From Mobula hypostoma (Eukaryota): a DNA stretch of 64,000 nt. The notes below the pieces were generated by a model. That model was given only the letters and a program-made list of their open reading frames with translations, did not search any database and was not told the origin of the DNA. Shown here piece by piece: positions 23,130 to 35,405 of this stretch. The position numbers and the translations under genes are program-made. Each line of letters starts with the position of its first letter. Positions within the stretch are counted from its first letter, which is position 1. Where the stretch lies: contig NC_086097.1 in assembly GCF_963921235.1 (NCBI RefSeq), positions 6,634,001 through 6,698,000 of the forward strand, read 5' to 3'.

Positions 23130-23450
23130 TCTTCTATTCACCACTTTGGGCTCTTAGCTCTTCTCCTCACCTATCACCTCCCCATCGTACCCCTCTTTCT
23201 TCCCTTTTTCCCATAGCCCAATCCCCTCTCCGATCAGATCCCATCCTCTCCAGCCTTTTACCTTTCCCACCCACCTGGATTCACCTATCACCTTCTAGCT
23301 TGCCCTCCTCCTCTTCTCCCACCTTCTTATTCTGCCATCTTGCCCTGTCCTTTCCAGTTCTGAAGAAGGGTTTCAGCCTGAAACGTTGACTGTTTTTTCA
23401 TTTGTGTAGATGATGCCTGGCCTACTGAGTTCCTCCAGCATTTTGAGTAC
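23130..23450 (+). mobile_element. Penelope-like element 3' region with hammerhead motif (23356-23391)
   Basis: Pyrimidine-rich UTR, then AGTT-CTGAAGA-AGGGTTTCAGCCT-GAAACGTT-GACT. Confidence 0.72.
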
Positions 23451-23584
23451 GTGGCTCAGTAATTGCAAAACTGCTCCTTGATTCTTTAAACCACACCCAT
23501 AATATAAAGATAGATTATCATTGTCTTTACTGCCAAATGAAGCACAAAATATCTCCATGATGGGGAATATGTTAAAGAATTATA

Positions 23585-23760
23585 TTTATTTAGAGATACA
23601 GCAATGAACAGGCCTAACGGCCCAATGAGCACCCAGAATAAATCTACGCCCTCTTGGGAAGAATGTACAAACTTTCTTACAGACTGCACCGGAACTGAAC
23701 TCTGAACTTTGATGTCTTGATCTGTAATAGTGTCGCACTAACCGCTAAGCTCCATGGCAC
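23585..23760 (-). mobile_element. V-SINE/HE1-like SINE, internally deleted
   Basis: tRNA-like head and TTTATTTAT tail on the reverse strand. Confidence 0.6.
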
Positions 23761-23929
23761 CTATCACAGCTAGAATGTGCCCCTTTGAAAAGGTGCTGTA
23801 CCTGATGGCTTTTCAGAAAAAGAATTACCATGGTAGGCAAGAGAAATTTTTAGAAGGTTGTCACCCACATGGGTGCATACTCTTGAAAAGGTTCATCATA
23901 CCTGGTTACATGGCGTAGGGTACAATGGT

Positions 23930-24199
23930 AGCTTCGCGGTGAGAGCAACACTGTTACAGCTTGGAGCACTGGAGTTCAGCATCATGTGTAAGAAGTTTGT
24001 ACATCCTTCCCGTGAGCACTTGGGTTTGATCTGAGTGTTCCAGTATCCTCCAACAGTCCAGTGATGAACCGGTTTCTAGGTTAATTGGTCATTGTAAACT
24101 GTCCCCTGATTAGGCCAGGGTTAAATCAGTGGGTTGCTGGGCAGTGTGGCTCAGTGGGCTGGAAGGGCTTGTTTCACACTGTATCATTAAATAAATATT
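23930..24199 (+). mobile_element. V-SINE/HE1-like SINE
   Basis: Central AGGTTAATTGGTCATTGTAAACTGTCC domain and CR1-type tail. Confidence 0.7.
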
Positions 24200-24305
24200 A
24201 GATAGATAGGTAAACACAAAATAATCTGCAGATGCTGGGGTCAAAGCAACACTCACAACACGCTGGAGGAACTCAGCAGGTCGGGCAGCATCCATGGAAA
24301 CGATC

Positions 24306-24341
24306 AGTCGACGTTTCGGGCTGGAACCCTTCGTCAGGGCT
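24306..24341 (-). ncRNA. Minimal type I hammerhead ribozyme, opposite strand
   Basis: AGCC-CUGACGA-AGGGUUCCAGCCC-GAAACGUC-GACU; one stem I mismatch. Confidence 0.68.
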
Positions 24342-24356
24342 CATGAACCCTTCCTC

Positions 24357-24392
24357 AGTCCTGACGAAGGGTTCTGGCCCGAAACGTCGACT
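24357..24392 (+). ncRNA. Minimal type I hammerhead ribozyme
   Basis: Stem I AGUC:GACU, core CUGACGA, stem II GGG/CCC, GAAA, palindromic ACGU in place of stem III, predicted cleavage after GUC (24388). Confidence 0.78.
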
Positions 24393-25369
24393 AATCGTTT
24401 CCATGGATGCTGCCCGACCTGCTGAGTTCCTCTAGCGTGTTGTGAGATAGATAGGTAGTTGGTTCTTTGGCTGTGCATCACATAATGGGAATTAAATCCA
24501 TGGTCTTTTTAACTCAGGGGCAAAATATCCATATAGTTATGATTAACATACTGTGACATCCTCTCTTTGTAAAGCAGGTGTGGTGCCGACCATCCCTTGG
24601 GTCAATTGAGACCAAAGAGCTCGGAATCCACTCTACTTGCTGAAAACAACATTTGATGCAGTGCGAGGGAACAATTTTAATCCATTTCCATTGGTCAAGA
24701 CTGCACTTGTTCTGTATTAATTCTCTTATTCTGAGAGGGAACTTGATGTGGGCAGATTTTAAATAAATGCAGTCTAAGTGGTTTATATTCTGAAAGTTAA
24801 GTTAAAGCATATTTTTGGGGCAAAATAACAGATCCTTTGTTCTCACTCTTGCACTTAGATTCCATCAAAAAGAATCTCATTTTCTAGAGTACCATCTCTC
24901 ATCTTAATACGTACTTATAGTATAAAATGTATTATGAAGATATTTTGTGGATTTTTAAAATATTTGAATGCCAGCACTATAACATGTTTTCTAGAATTGG
25001 AGATATTAACAAGCAAGTCAATGGGAAGGGCATTTTTCTTAACATCAGAAAAATAAACTTTATAATGCCTGCCGCCAGGTAATTATAATATGTACATAAT
25101 ATAACTTATCCTCTATGGTCAGTTTTGATCGACGATTTGTTTGCAAAGCTTATTCTTTGTAAAGAGATTATAATGATTTCCATTACATGTCATTGCCTTT
25201 GCAAATAAATCCCTCTTAATTATGTTGGTCGATCACTAAAATACCACAGAGGCTTTAACCACATACCAATGGAAGAAGTAAAAGTAACAACAGAACAGTT
25301 CCAAAAGGGAGTGTTCTGGTATTAAGTGAACATGCCTTACTGATTCAAGCAAGAAATGGTCTTCAGTTT

Positions 25370-25875
25370 TTATTGTACAGTAAACCTTAGACGTACACTG
25401 TATATATAGCTGGGGTGCGTAAGCACTTTGAACAGCGCTACGTTTGTCAATGTGGAGTGGACAGAGAGCTTGTAATTCTGGTGGGAGCAAAAGATGTTGG
25501 GAATGGCAAAGGGGGAGCGTTGCTGGAGGGGAATGGGACAGGTGGCAGAGAGGGAGGGCCAGGGGAGGAGTTGTGAAGCGAGTGCAGACCCACCCAGCCC
25601 TGGGACACCAGGCAAGGTCATTTGATTCCAATCAATTGATTTATTGATCATTACAGAATGTCTCTCTGTTGTTCTCCATTCCTCCTCTCCCCCTTCTCCT
25701 TTTCCCAACCATGATTTCCCTCTCCTTGTCCCCTTCCCACTCTGAGTCCTCAAGAGAGTCCTATATCAGAATCAGGTTCGTCATCACTCACATATGCATA
25801 ATTTTTTTTGTAGCAGTACAGTGCAGTATTTACTACAATATTGTGCAAAAGTCTTAGTCACCTAGCTATACATAT
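25370..25875 (-). repeat. Second copy of the composite repeat, with mini-MITE sequence at both ends
   Basis: Reverse complement of about 3320-3750; TGTGCAAAAGTCTTAG TIR at about 25842. Confidence 0.68.
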
Positions 25876-28800
25876 TGTGGCACAGCAGGGGGGATGGTCA
25901 ATAGCCTGCCCCAGCATTCCTAGTGGCGAGTGCTATTTACTATTCTTGTTTTAAAATGTTTTCATGGAATTATGATAAGATGTTCAAGTTTATTAATTGT
26001 TACATTTTAGCTTGGGTTATACTGTTGTTAACTTGTGTGCTTGTAGGTCACCTTGACTGGAACCAGGGTGTGTAACTGTCACTACCCCCATCTGTATGTG
26101 ACTGAATAGCTTCTCTCCCTGGGTCATAGTGCCTGGTCCATTTTTGTGTTTGTCACAAAAAGATGCCAGTTGAGGGGAACAAGCTTTGATCATCTGTCAT
26201 CATGGACTAACTGCTCACCACATTGGTGGGATTGCAAATTGACGGCAAGACTGAAGACCTACAACGTCAGATGGAGTCTCTTAAGACCCGGGGAGTAAGT
26301 TAAGGGGCCGGGCAGTATGCCCCCCTCCGCAACCCCTGGAGACGCCCCCAAAGATGGGACACCGATCTGGAGGCAGAACATGGGAACTGAGCATCATGCC
26401 TTCCTGGGGAACCCCAACAGGGTGAGTGTATCCAGGCCTCCCCCATCCCAGGGGACATGGCAGGGTGCACCACCTACCTCCCTCGTGGGCTGCGCTGGGG
26501 AACCCAAGATGCCACAGCCATGGGAGGATGGGCCACATGGCAGGCACCACCAAAACCACCAGAGGAAGAGGAAGTCCAATGGATCCCAGCGATTAACACC
26601 ACAAGGTCCACCTGAAGCTACTGGTATCAGCCACCTGGAGGCTTACCTGGCGCATGTCAAACTTGCCGCATGGCACAATGGGTGGAGCCCCAACGAGATG
26701 GAGGTGCACCTTGCCCTGGTGCTGGAGGGCGTTGCCCTGCCGGCCCTCCTCGACCTGAAGTCAGCTGAACAGTGTGATTACAGGGCCTTCGTAGCCGCAC
26801 TGGAGCAGTGTTTCAAGCAGAGGCCATCGGAAAAAGCAATGAGGGAAGAACCAGGCAGCAGGTTCTGTGGGTGTGGAAATTCTGTGGGTATGCAGATATC
26901 TGCCACTCTGCCCAGCATGTCACATGGTGTCAAACTTTGTCACATGGTGTGAGCAGAATTATCTGCAGCTTAATGTGAAAAAGACTAAGGAGCTGGTGGT
27001 AGACCTGAGGAGAGCTAAGGCACCGGTGACCCCTGTTTCCATCCAGTGGGTCAGTGTGGACATGGTGGGGGATTACAGATACCTGGGGATACGAATTGAC
27101 AATAAACTGGACTGGTCAAAGAACACTGAGGCTGTCTACAAGAAGGGTCAGAGCCATCTCTATTTCCTGAGGAGACTGAGGTCCTTTGACATCTGCCAGA
27201 CGATGCTGAGGATGTTCTACGAGTCTGGACTCTCTGGCGGCTGTGTCTGAAAAGAGGATGCTGACCAAGTTGCATGCCATCTTGGACAATGTCTCCCGTC
27301 CACTACATAATGTACTGGTTGGGCACAGGAGTACATTCAGCCAGAGACTCATTCCACCAAGATGCAACACAGAGCGTCATAGGAAGTCATTTCTGCCTGT
27401 GGCCATCAAACTTTACAACTCCTCCCTTGGAGGATCAGACACCCTGAGCCAATAGGCTGGTCCTGGACTTATTTCCTGGTATAATTTACATATTACTATT
27501 TAACTATTTATGGTGCAACTGTAAGAATAACCAATTTCCCCCAGGATCAATAAAGAATGACTATGACTCTGACTACGGCTATGTCTACCTTTGGTTCCCT
27601 CCCATGGCCCAGGAAGAGGTTGTCCTTCACACCTTTGTAAAGGCTCTGACACTGAAGCACCATTGGCAGCACTTTCACCTAACATCACCATCATCGCTGG
27701 CCGAGGCGGAAAGAGCAGAAGCAATATTAGCAACCCCCTCCCCCAAGGTGTTCCAGCATTGCCCGAGACCGGCAGCAGACTCCGTCAGTTGTCGCCTTTC
27801 TGGGTGGTCGGTTTGGGCGAAGAGCAAGACTTATACGCAGACTGCGTGGTGGAGGGTATCAGATGCTGTGCGTTGGTGGACATGGGGTCAACCATCACCA
27901 TCGCTCATCCACATGAACCACCATCCCCGGCTGGGTGGACATCGACGGCCATCCAGCTGGTTCCTGTCATTGGCGACTGTGTGGCGATAAGAGGGAAGAG
28001 GAGGCTGTGCATTGCAGTGGGGGAAAACACAATGAGGCACGAGGGAGCTCGCCGACATCCGAGAGTCCCTCATCACTGGCCTAGACTTGCTGTCCTGCTG
28101 GCGGGCCCATGTGGATTTGCCAGGGGCAACTCTCTGCCTTGGCCCTGAAGCCCTGCCTCTCCGGCAGGGCAACAGCAGGCAGGCATGACAACAACCACCA
28201 CCGGTCACCCCAGCACTGCTCACCGTGCTCCTGTCATCGGTAACGATATTGGCACAGCACGGCGACATTGGCAGCAGATGCCGTGACCCAGAAGGACTTC
28301 TACCCACTGCCCAGAGTTAATGATGCCCTGGACTGTGTTACGGGCTCAACCTGGTTCATTTCTCTTGATCTCCGCAGTGGTTACTGGCAGGTCGAACTGG
28401 CCCTGGAGGCCTGGCCCAAGGCTGCCTTCACCATTGGACCAGGGCTGTGGCACTTCCAGGTAATTCCGTTTGGCTTCTGTAATGCCCCGACCACATTCGA
28501 ATTCGAGAGACTGATGGAGAGGGTGCTAGCTCACGCTGTGTCATCTATTTGAACGATCTCCTGGTGCATGCAGCCATTTTTGGTGATGCTTGCCGTCCTC
28601 ATTAGCCAGCACCAGTGTGACTAGGATCGCCACCTACCCTAGTTTTGTGGGCATACTGAGCAGCTGTTCAGGAGAGCACCAGGTGTACACAGCTGTGCTC
28701 ATGTTCGGGCAGAGCTGGATTGCCGGTGGATCTGGTGTTTGACGCCGTCCTCAGCCGGAGATTCCTGGGGAGGCCAGGTCGGTGAACCTGCAGCACCTCA

Positions 28801-29290
28801 GGGGGCACCTGCGGGCTGTTCATGACGTGGCTCAGCAGATCCAAAGCGCAGCCAGCAGCCGCCAAAAACAGGCTTACGGTGCCCACAGCTAAGGACAGGA
28901 TTTTACTGGGGGGAGAGTGTGGGTCTACTGCCCCTCCCAGAAGAAGGGACTATTCCCCAAGCTGGAAAGCCACCGGAAGGGTCTGCAAGAGGTGACCGTC
29001 CGTATCTCCTTTGTGGTATGCTGGGTGCAGTTGCCTGTGCAGTGGTAGGCAGCCGTGCTGCCCCAGGATTGGCTGGCACTGTATCGGCCCTTGGCCACCA
29101 CTGATCCAGTGAGGCTGAGGAAACAAGCCAGGTGCCCTGCTTCAATAGGTATGTGTGTACCCTGCCCTGAAAAGTGGTACATTTTAGCTTGGAATATGCA
29201 GTTACTCACTTGTATGTTTGTGGGTCACCCTGGGTGTGTGATAATCACCTTCCCTGTCTATATGTGACTGAGTGGGTTCTCTCTCTGTTT
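25876..29290 (+). mobile_element. Old, internally deleted Gypsy LTR retrotransposon
   Basis: 5' LTR about 25876-26222 then TGG; gag EAYLAHVKLAAWHNGW; protease ALVDMGSTIT; RT YPLPRV..SLDLRSGYWQV..PFGFCNAPTTF; partial diverged 3' LTR at about 29150-29290. Confidence 0.82.
26920..27583 (+). mobile_element. Rex/Babar-type LINE 3' fragment inside Gypsy gag
   Basis: WCEQNYLQLNVKKTKELVVD..YRYLG..LYFLRRLRSF; (TATGAC)n-like tail. Confidence 0.87.
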
Positions 29291-29399
29291 GTAGGTTAGG
29301 ACAGATTTAGGGTTGGAAAATCAGTGTGATGGCTGGACGCTCTTTGCTTCAACATAAATCTGTTTTCCCGAACTGACAAAGGAAACATTCTTGAGATGG

Positions 29400-29675
29400 A
29401 CACCATGCTATGGAGCAGTTAGCGTGACTCCACTACAGCTTGGGGAGTCACAGCTCGAAGATCAATTCCTGCATCCTCTGTATGAAAACGTATACATTTT
29501 TTTCCATGAGAGTGTGGGTTTCAGGTCAAAGATGTACTGATTCATTGCTTTATTGATCATTGTAAATTGTCCTGTGATTAGGTTAGGGTTAAGTTGGTGG
29601 GGTGTTGGGCAGTTTGTCTCGTTGGACTGGAAGGGCTTGTTGTATGCTGTATCCCTAAACAAAATAAAATAAATG
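29400..29675 (+). mobile_element. V-SINE/HE1-like SINE
   Basis: tRNA-like head, central domain, AAATAAAATAAA tail. Confidence 0.65.
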
Positions 29676-30909
29676 AAAACCTGGGGACAACGTGTAAGTC
29701 TGGCCCAGGGCAGAGGACTCAGGTGAGCAGCTGCTCCAGTGGGATCATCGGCTTAAGTAAGCTAATATCCAGACATAGACGGACTACAGGAGAGCTCCCA
29801 GAAGGGACAGTGTCAAAAGTAGGCAGATCTTTTGTATGTTCACTATGACATATCATTCAGAATCTATTGGAACACACCTAATTCCTGAAGTAAAAGATTA
29901 AGGATACACTATTTAACTTCTCTCCAACCAACTCTCCCTTGCTCCCACTAGGCCAGTCATCACCTTCAAAGTTCGGGTGTACGTAATGCACTGCTGCCAT
30001 GCAACGAATTTCATCATGTCAGTGATATTACACCCGATTCTGATCCTCAAAAGAGGGTGTGATCAATAATTTGCACTGAAGTGCCTGTTACACGCTGCAT
30101 CTTTAAATAACTAAAAATAAGTAAGTTAAATCGGATTTGGAAAGTAATTTAATTATCACTGTGCTCCATTGGTTCATTAGCCTGTGGCTGCCATCCAGCT
30201 CAAGTACAGAGACAAATGGGATTCCATTCACGAAGCTAGTCATCCTCTTCAATCCTGGCTGTTGAAGAACAGCCCAGGAATCTTCCTCTTGTCATAAATT
30301 CTTCATGTTACCAGTCAATACAAATAATATTCATTATGATTTCTTCTCTATTTGTTGATGCCCATTTGTCAGTGAAACCGGCTCCTAATCTCTGTACTTT
30401 GCTAAAAGTATCTAAAGAAACAGCAGTGAAAGAGTTAAATTGAGGGAAATACACTTTCTCCTAATACCTTCAAAAACTTATTCAAGATGAGTTTGTTCGG
30501 TTAGATGAGGCAATTGATTTCTGTTTGCTTTTGTTTTAAACAGATAGTGTGCTGTTTCATTCCAAAGACCCGACTTTAATATGAACTTACACTATCTGTA
30601 CTCTGTGATGCTTTATTAAACTGTGTGAAATTTCTCTCCAAGTACAATACATAAATATAATTTATTTCCAAATCTCATCCGAGAAGAAAAAGGATGAAAC
30701 CTGCTGCCACAGGTCACTGCATATCCAGTAAATTAAATTCAGCTGAATAGATTTAAATCACTGTAGCTTTGCACTGTTCTATTCTTGTCTGTTTCGTTGT
30801 TATCCAACATCAACTTCTAAATTCTAAAGCACTTCCCACTTTAAGTGTTTAGAAACTCGTTCTCAGTTGCACATTCTAAACACATAAAGTAGGAGCAGCT
30901 ATTGGACTG

Positions 30910-31430
30910 CACACAGTGTGCTGGAGGAGCTCAGCAGGACAGGCAGCATTTTATGGATGGGAATTAAACAGTTCATGTTTCGGGCCAACACCCTTCATCA
31001 GGACTGGAAAGGAAGAGGAGAAGTCAGAATAAGAAGGTGGGGGAGTGGAAGAAGAAGTACAAGGCGGTAGATGATAGGTGAAACCGGGGGGGTGGGGGGG
31101 TGTAAAGTAAAGAGCTGAGAAGTTGATTGGTGAAAGAGATAAAGGGCTGGAGAAGGGGGAGTCTGATAGGAGAGGCAGAAGATGATGTAAAAACGATAAG
31201 GGAAAGGAACACCAGAAGGAAGTGATAGACAGTAAGAAAAGATGGTGTGAGAGGAAAACAAGAATGAGGAATGTTGAAAGAGGGGTGTGGGTGTTTAATT
31301 GCCAGAAGCTTGAGAAACTGATGCTCATGCCATCAGGTTGGAGGCCACCTAGATAGTATATGGGGTGTTGCACCTACAGTCTGACTATGGTCTCATTGTG
31401 GCAGTAGAGGAGGCCATGGACTGACATTGC
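30910..31430 (-). mobile_element. Penelope-like element: GIY-YIG C-terminus, UTR and terminal repeat with mutated hammerhead
   Basis: QHPIYYLGGLQPDGMSISFSSF; AGTC-CTGATGA-AGGG..CCC-GAAAC on the reverse strand. Confidence 0.8.
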
Positions 31431-31489
31431 ACTTTGCTTGTGAAGTTCAGCTGAGAATTTATAGCAGGCAACTAAGGACACATTTCTAC

Positions 31490-32120
31490 TTCAGATTCAG
31501 AAACAAAATCAGGTTTAATATCACTGGTATATGAAGTGAAATTTGTTTTTTGCTGCAGCAGTACACTATAATACATGATAATAAAAATATAAATTACAAG
31601 AAGAAATATATTTTTAGATTCAATTAAATAAATACTAAAATGTGGTACCATATAATATCAAAGAAGTAGTACCCTATCCAATAAACCCCAGGGTTGTATA
31701 TGGTGACATATATGTACTTTGATAATATAATTTACTTTGAACTTCAGTACAAAAAGAGCTAAAAAAATTAAAAATAGAGAAGTACTGTATATGGGTTCAT
31801 AGTCCATTCAGAAATCTGATGGCAGAGGGGAAGGAAGTTTTGCTAAAGTGTTGAGTGTGTGTCTTCAGGCTCCTGTACCACCTTCTTGATGATAGCAATG
31901 TCAAGAGGTCGTGTTCTGGGTGATGTGGGTCCTTGATGATGGATGCTGCCTTTTTGAGGCATCACCTTTTGAAAATGTCCTTGATGCTGTGAAGACTACT
32001 GCCCATGATGGACCAGGCTGAATTTCTAATTTTCTGTAGCTTTTTCCGGTCTTGTGCAGTGGTGCCTTCATACCAGTCGGTGAGTGTGTCTGTCTTCAGG
32101 CTCCTGTACATCCTTCTTGA
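31490..32120 (-). mobile_element. Rex/Babar-type LINE 3' fragment(s)
   Basis: Reverse strand KKAASIIKDPHHP..LF. Confidence 0.68.
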
Positions 32121-32719
32121 TTTATTTCATCCTACTGCCTCATTAATTCACCCAGCCCTATGGATTTCTATGGAAAGAAAATCTTAATCTGGTATAATGC
32201 ATGCTAGATGCTTGCTAAACTAATATTTTTGCATATCAAGTGGAAATTCAACAGCACACAGCTTGTTGTTAAAGTGCTACAACTTAAACAACTCCATTAA
32301 TTTGATTGTGAATCACGACTGGTATCTGACTGCTAGCCTTGTAGAAGTGAAAGATTCAATTGTGCATTCGTATGTGAACCACACGCACACATCGGAAAAT
32401 GTGAAGCATGTAGAGGGATTCCATCAACTGATACTTCGTCCGTGAAATTACTTAGAGCGAATGCACTGAATGCGCAATACAGATCTTGGACAGGAAATTG
32501 GGTCTGAATAGACTAGCACCTGTACTAATTTAAAGTAATCTCTGAGTGGCTGCAGATTTGTTAGCTAGTTGGATACATATCCTATTGAAGGAAGAATTTT
32601 GGAAGTGAAAGGATTTGTGAAAACTCTGCATTCTCTTGTTTTATTTGTTTGCAATACAATAGGTGCACTGATCGTTCTTTTATAGGTTGTAAGTAGGTCT
32701 GCAAATGCATTACATACGT

Positions 32720-33980
32720 TAACTGCATAAAACAGTTTGGCTCATCAAGTCTTTTTTCACGGCTGATCCATTCTTCCCCTCCGTCCCAATCTCCTGTCTT
32801 CTCCCCTTATCCTTTCGTGCCCTGACTAATCAAGAAGCTATCAACCTCTGTCTTAAATATACCCAATGACTTGGCCTCCGCAGCAATGAATTCCGCAGAT
32901 TCACCACTCACTGTGTAAATAAATTCCTCTTCTTCTCCATTCCAAATAGGCATCCCTCCATTCTGAGGCTGTATTCTCTGGTCCTTGACTCCCTCTCCAT
33001 AGGAAACATCCTCTCCACATTCACTCTATCAAGGTCTGTCAACATTTGATAGGTTTCAATGAGGCCACCCTCATTCTTCTGAATTAGATTAGATTAGATT
33101 ATGAGGACACGCAGCCCTCTTTTATTGTCATTTAGTAATGCATGCGTTAAGAAATGATACAATTTGTTCCTCTAGAATGATATCACAGAAACCCAAGACA
33201 AACCAAGACTAAAAAAACTGACAAAAACCACATAATGATAACATATAGTTACAACAGTGCAAACAATACCGTAATTTGATACAAGAACAGACCATGGGCA
33301 CTGTAAAAAGTCTCAACGTCTCTCGAAAGTCCCATCATCTTATGCAGACGGTTGAAGGAAGAAAACTCTTCCTGCCATGAGCTTCCAGCGCCTCAAACTT
33401 GCTGATGCAGCACCCTGGAATCACCCAACCACAGTCCGACTCCGAATCCGTCCGAAAACTTCGAGCCTCCGACCAGCTCTCCGACACCGAGCACCGAGCA
33501 CCATCTCTGCCGAGTGCTTCAACCCCGGCCCTGGCAACAGGCAATAGGCAAAGCCGAGGATTTGGGCCTTCCCCTCTGGAGATTCTCGATCGCACAGTAG
33601 CAACGGCAGTGAAGCAGTCATTTCAGAAGTTTCTCCAGATGTTCCTCTGAGCTTCTCACGGCTGTCTCCATCAAATCAGGATTGTGCACAGCATCCTAGT
33701 TCACAAATATATCAATGCGGAGTGGCCGCACTCACTGCGTCGCATCACCAGCTTCTCCTCCCCCTCCAGTGAGTACAGGGTCAGAGCCATCAAACACTCT
33801 TCATATGACAAGCCAATCAATACCGGAATTATTTTTGTGAACCTCCTTTGAATCCTCTCCAATGTCAGCACACTTTTTCTTAGATAAGGGGCCCAAAACT
33901 GCTCATAATACTCCAAGTGAAGCTTCACTTGTGCTCTATAAAGCCTTAACATTACATCCTTGCTTTTACGTTCTAGTCAC
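32720..33980 (-). mobile_element. CR1 3' fragment, interrupted by a family A element
   Basis: LRLYRAQVKLHLEYYEQFWAPYLRK..LERIQRRFTK. Confidence 0.8.
33086..33764 (-). mobile_element. Non-autonomous LINE-derived element, family A, apparently full length
   Basis: 5' GGGGGAGGAGAAGCTGGTG..., 3' (TAATC)n tail; host CR1 is contiguous across it. Confidence 0.78.
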
Positions 33981-34439
33981 AGTAAATACATGATCAAGTA
34001 ATTATCAGGTGGAGAATAATTTTGTGATAATGTGAGGTTAAGCATCTTGTTGTGAGAAATAAAAACAAAAGCAGAATATCGTTTAAAAGGACAGAGATGA
34101 CAATGCAGGGGTCCAGAGGGATCTGCATACCTTCAGACATGAGACAGTAAAGGGGTTATAGGAAGGTGCAGTGAGCAATTAGCAAGGGAAATTTAGACCC
34201 TTATTGAAGTGGGATGGAGTATAAAATGAAAGGTACCTTGTTACAGCGTAACAGTGTCTTGTGGTGAGGACACAAGATGTAATGCATTCAGTTTTGGTGG
34301 TTCTTGCTGGGCAAATTACAACCAGGGGAAGGAGTGGGAGAAATAGAGCTTCAAAGCAAGAGATCATCTATTAAACTGGAGATGAGGTGAACTTTTCTCA
34401 GTCCATAGTAACATTTCTGTCATTCAGAGAGATTTTCCA

Positions 34440-34675
34440 TTTAGATTTTGAGATTCAGCACAGTAACAGACCCTTCCTGCCCAATGAAACCAGTCTGCGC
34501 AATTATATCCATTTGACTAATTAACTTACAAACCCATACATCTTTGGACTGTGGGAGAAAACCGGAGGAAACCCACATGTTCACAGGGAGAACGTACAAA
34601 CTCCTTATAGACAGTGATGGGAATTGAACCCTGGTCACTGGTGTTATAAGATGTTATGCCACACTACTGTGCCAC
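34440..34675 (-). mobile_element. V-SINE/HE1-like SINE
   Basis: B-box-like GGTTCAATTCC and CAGTCCAAAGATG domain on the reverse strand. Confidence 0.7.
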
Positions 34676-35306
34676 ACAAAAGATTAGTGCTGAATTTCTG
34701 AATATATTCAAAGGCAGGATTACAAGGGAATCACGGAGAAGGAAGAAAAACAGGATAATGTGTTGTAGCCAAGATCAGATTAGCCACGTAAATTACTCCT
34801 GTTCGTGATCTTTGTGCTATGCATTACCTTCATTTTCAATGCTACTGACCTGGCATGTTGACTCTGTTTCTTGTCCTACAGATGCTGCCCGACTTACTGA
34901 TAATTTACAGCATTTATTGTTTTTGTTCTAGATTTCCAGCAACCACGTTTGTTCAAGTGTTTTAGCATCCATGCCAGTACAACCAGATTTGTAAACAGTT
35001 ATTTTCCATAAACAGTAAGGCTGATCAACATTTCCACCCACTAACACCCTGCCCACACCCTCCGACACCACTACTTTATCATTTCCTGTCAGATGTCACC
35101 TTCTGTACAGACACTCCTGCGCCTGGTGTCACTTTATGGACTTACCCATTAATCGATGTATGTTAGCTATATTATGTATTTATGTTTATTGTGATTTTTA
35201 AAATTATTATTGTTTTCTTTATCTTCTTGTGTTTTTTTGGGCTGCATCAGATTTGGAGTAACAGTTATTTCATTCTCCTTTACATTATGCAATCTTGAAT
35301 TCTGAG

Positions 35307-35405
35307 AGGCCTGAGGAAGGGTCTTGGCCCGAAATGTCGCCTACTAATTCATTTCCATAGATACTGCCTGAACTGCTGAGCTCATCCAGTATTTTGATTG
35401 TGTTA
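35307..35405 (+). mobile_element. Penelope terminal repeat with hammerhead motif (35307-35342)
   Basis: AGGC-CTGAGGA-AGGGTCTTGGCCC-GAAATGTC-GCCT. Confidence 0.7.

Larger units (their letters stand above)
24213..24446. mobile_element. Penelope-like inverted terminal-repeat insertion (90-bp arms, 15-nt loop)
   Basis: Arms 24252-24341 and 24357-24446; flanking direct repeat AGATAGATAGGTA at 24200-24212 and 24445-24457. Confidence 0.85.

Noticed and set aside
24252..24446. miRNA precursor or DNA-transposon MITE
   Set aside because: The arms are Penelope terminal-repeat sequence found singly elsewhere in the window, and the 13-bp duplication does not fit Tc1 or hAT TSDs.
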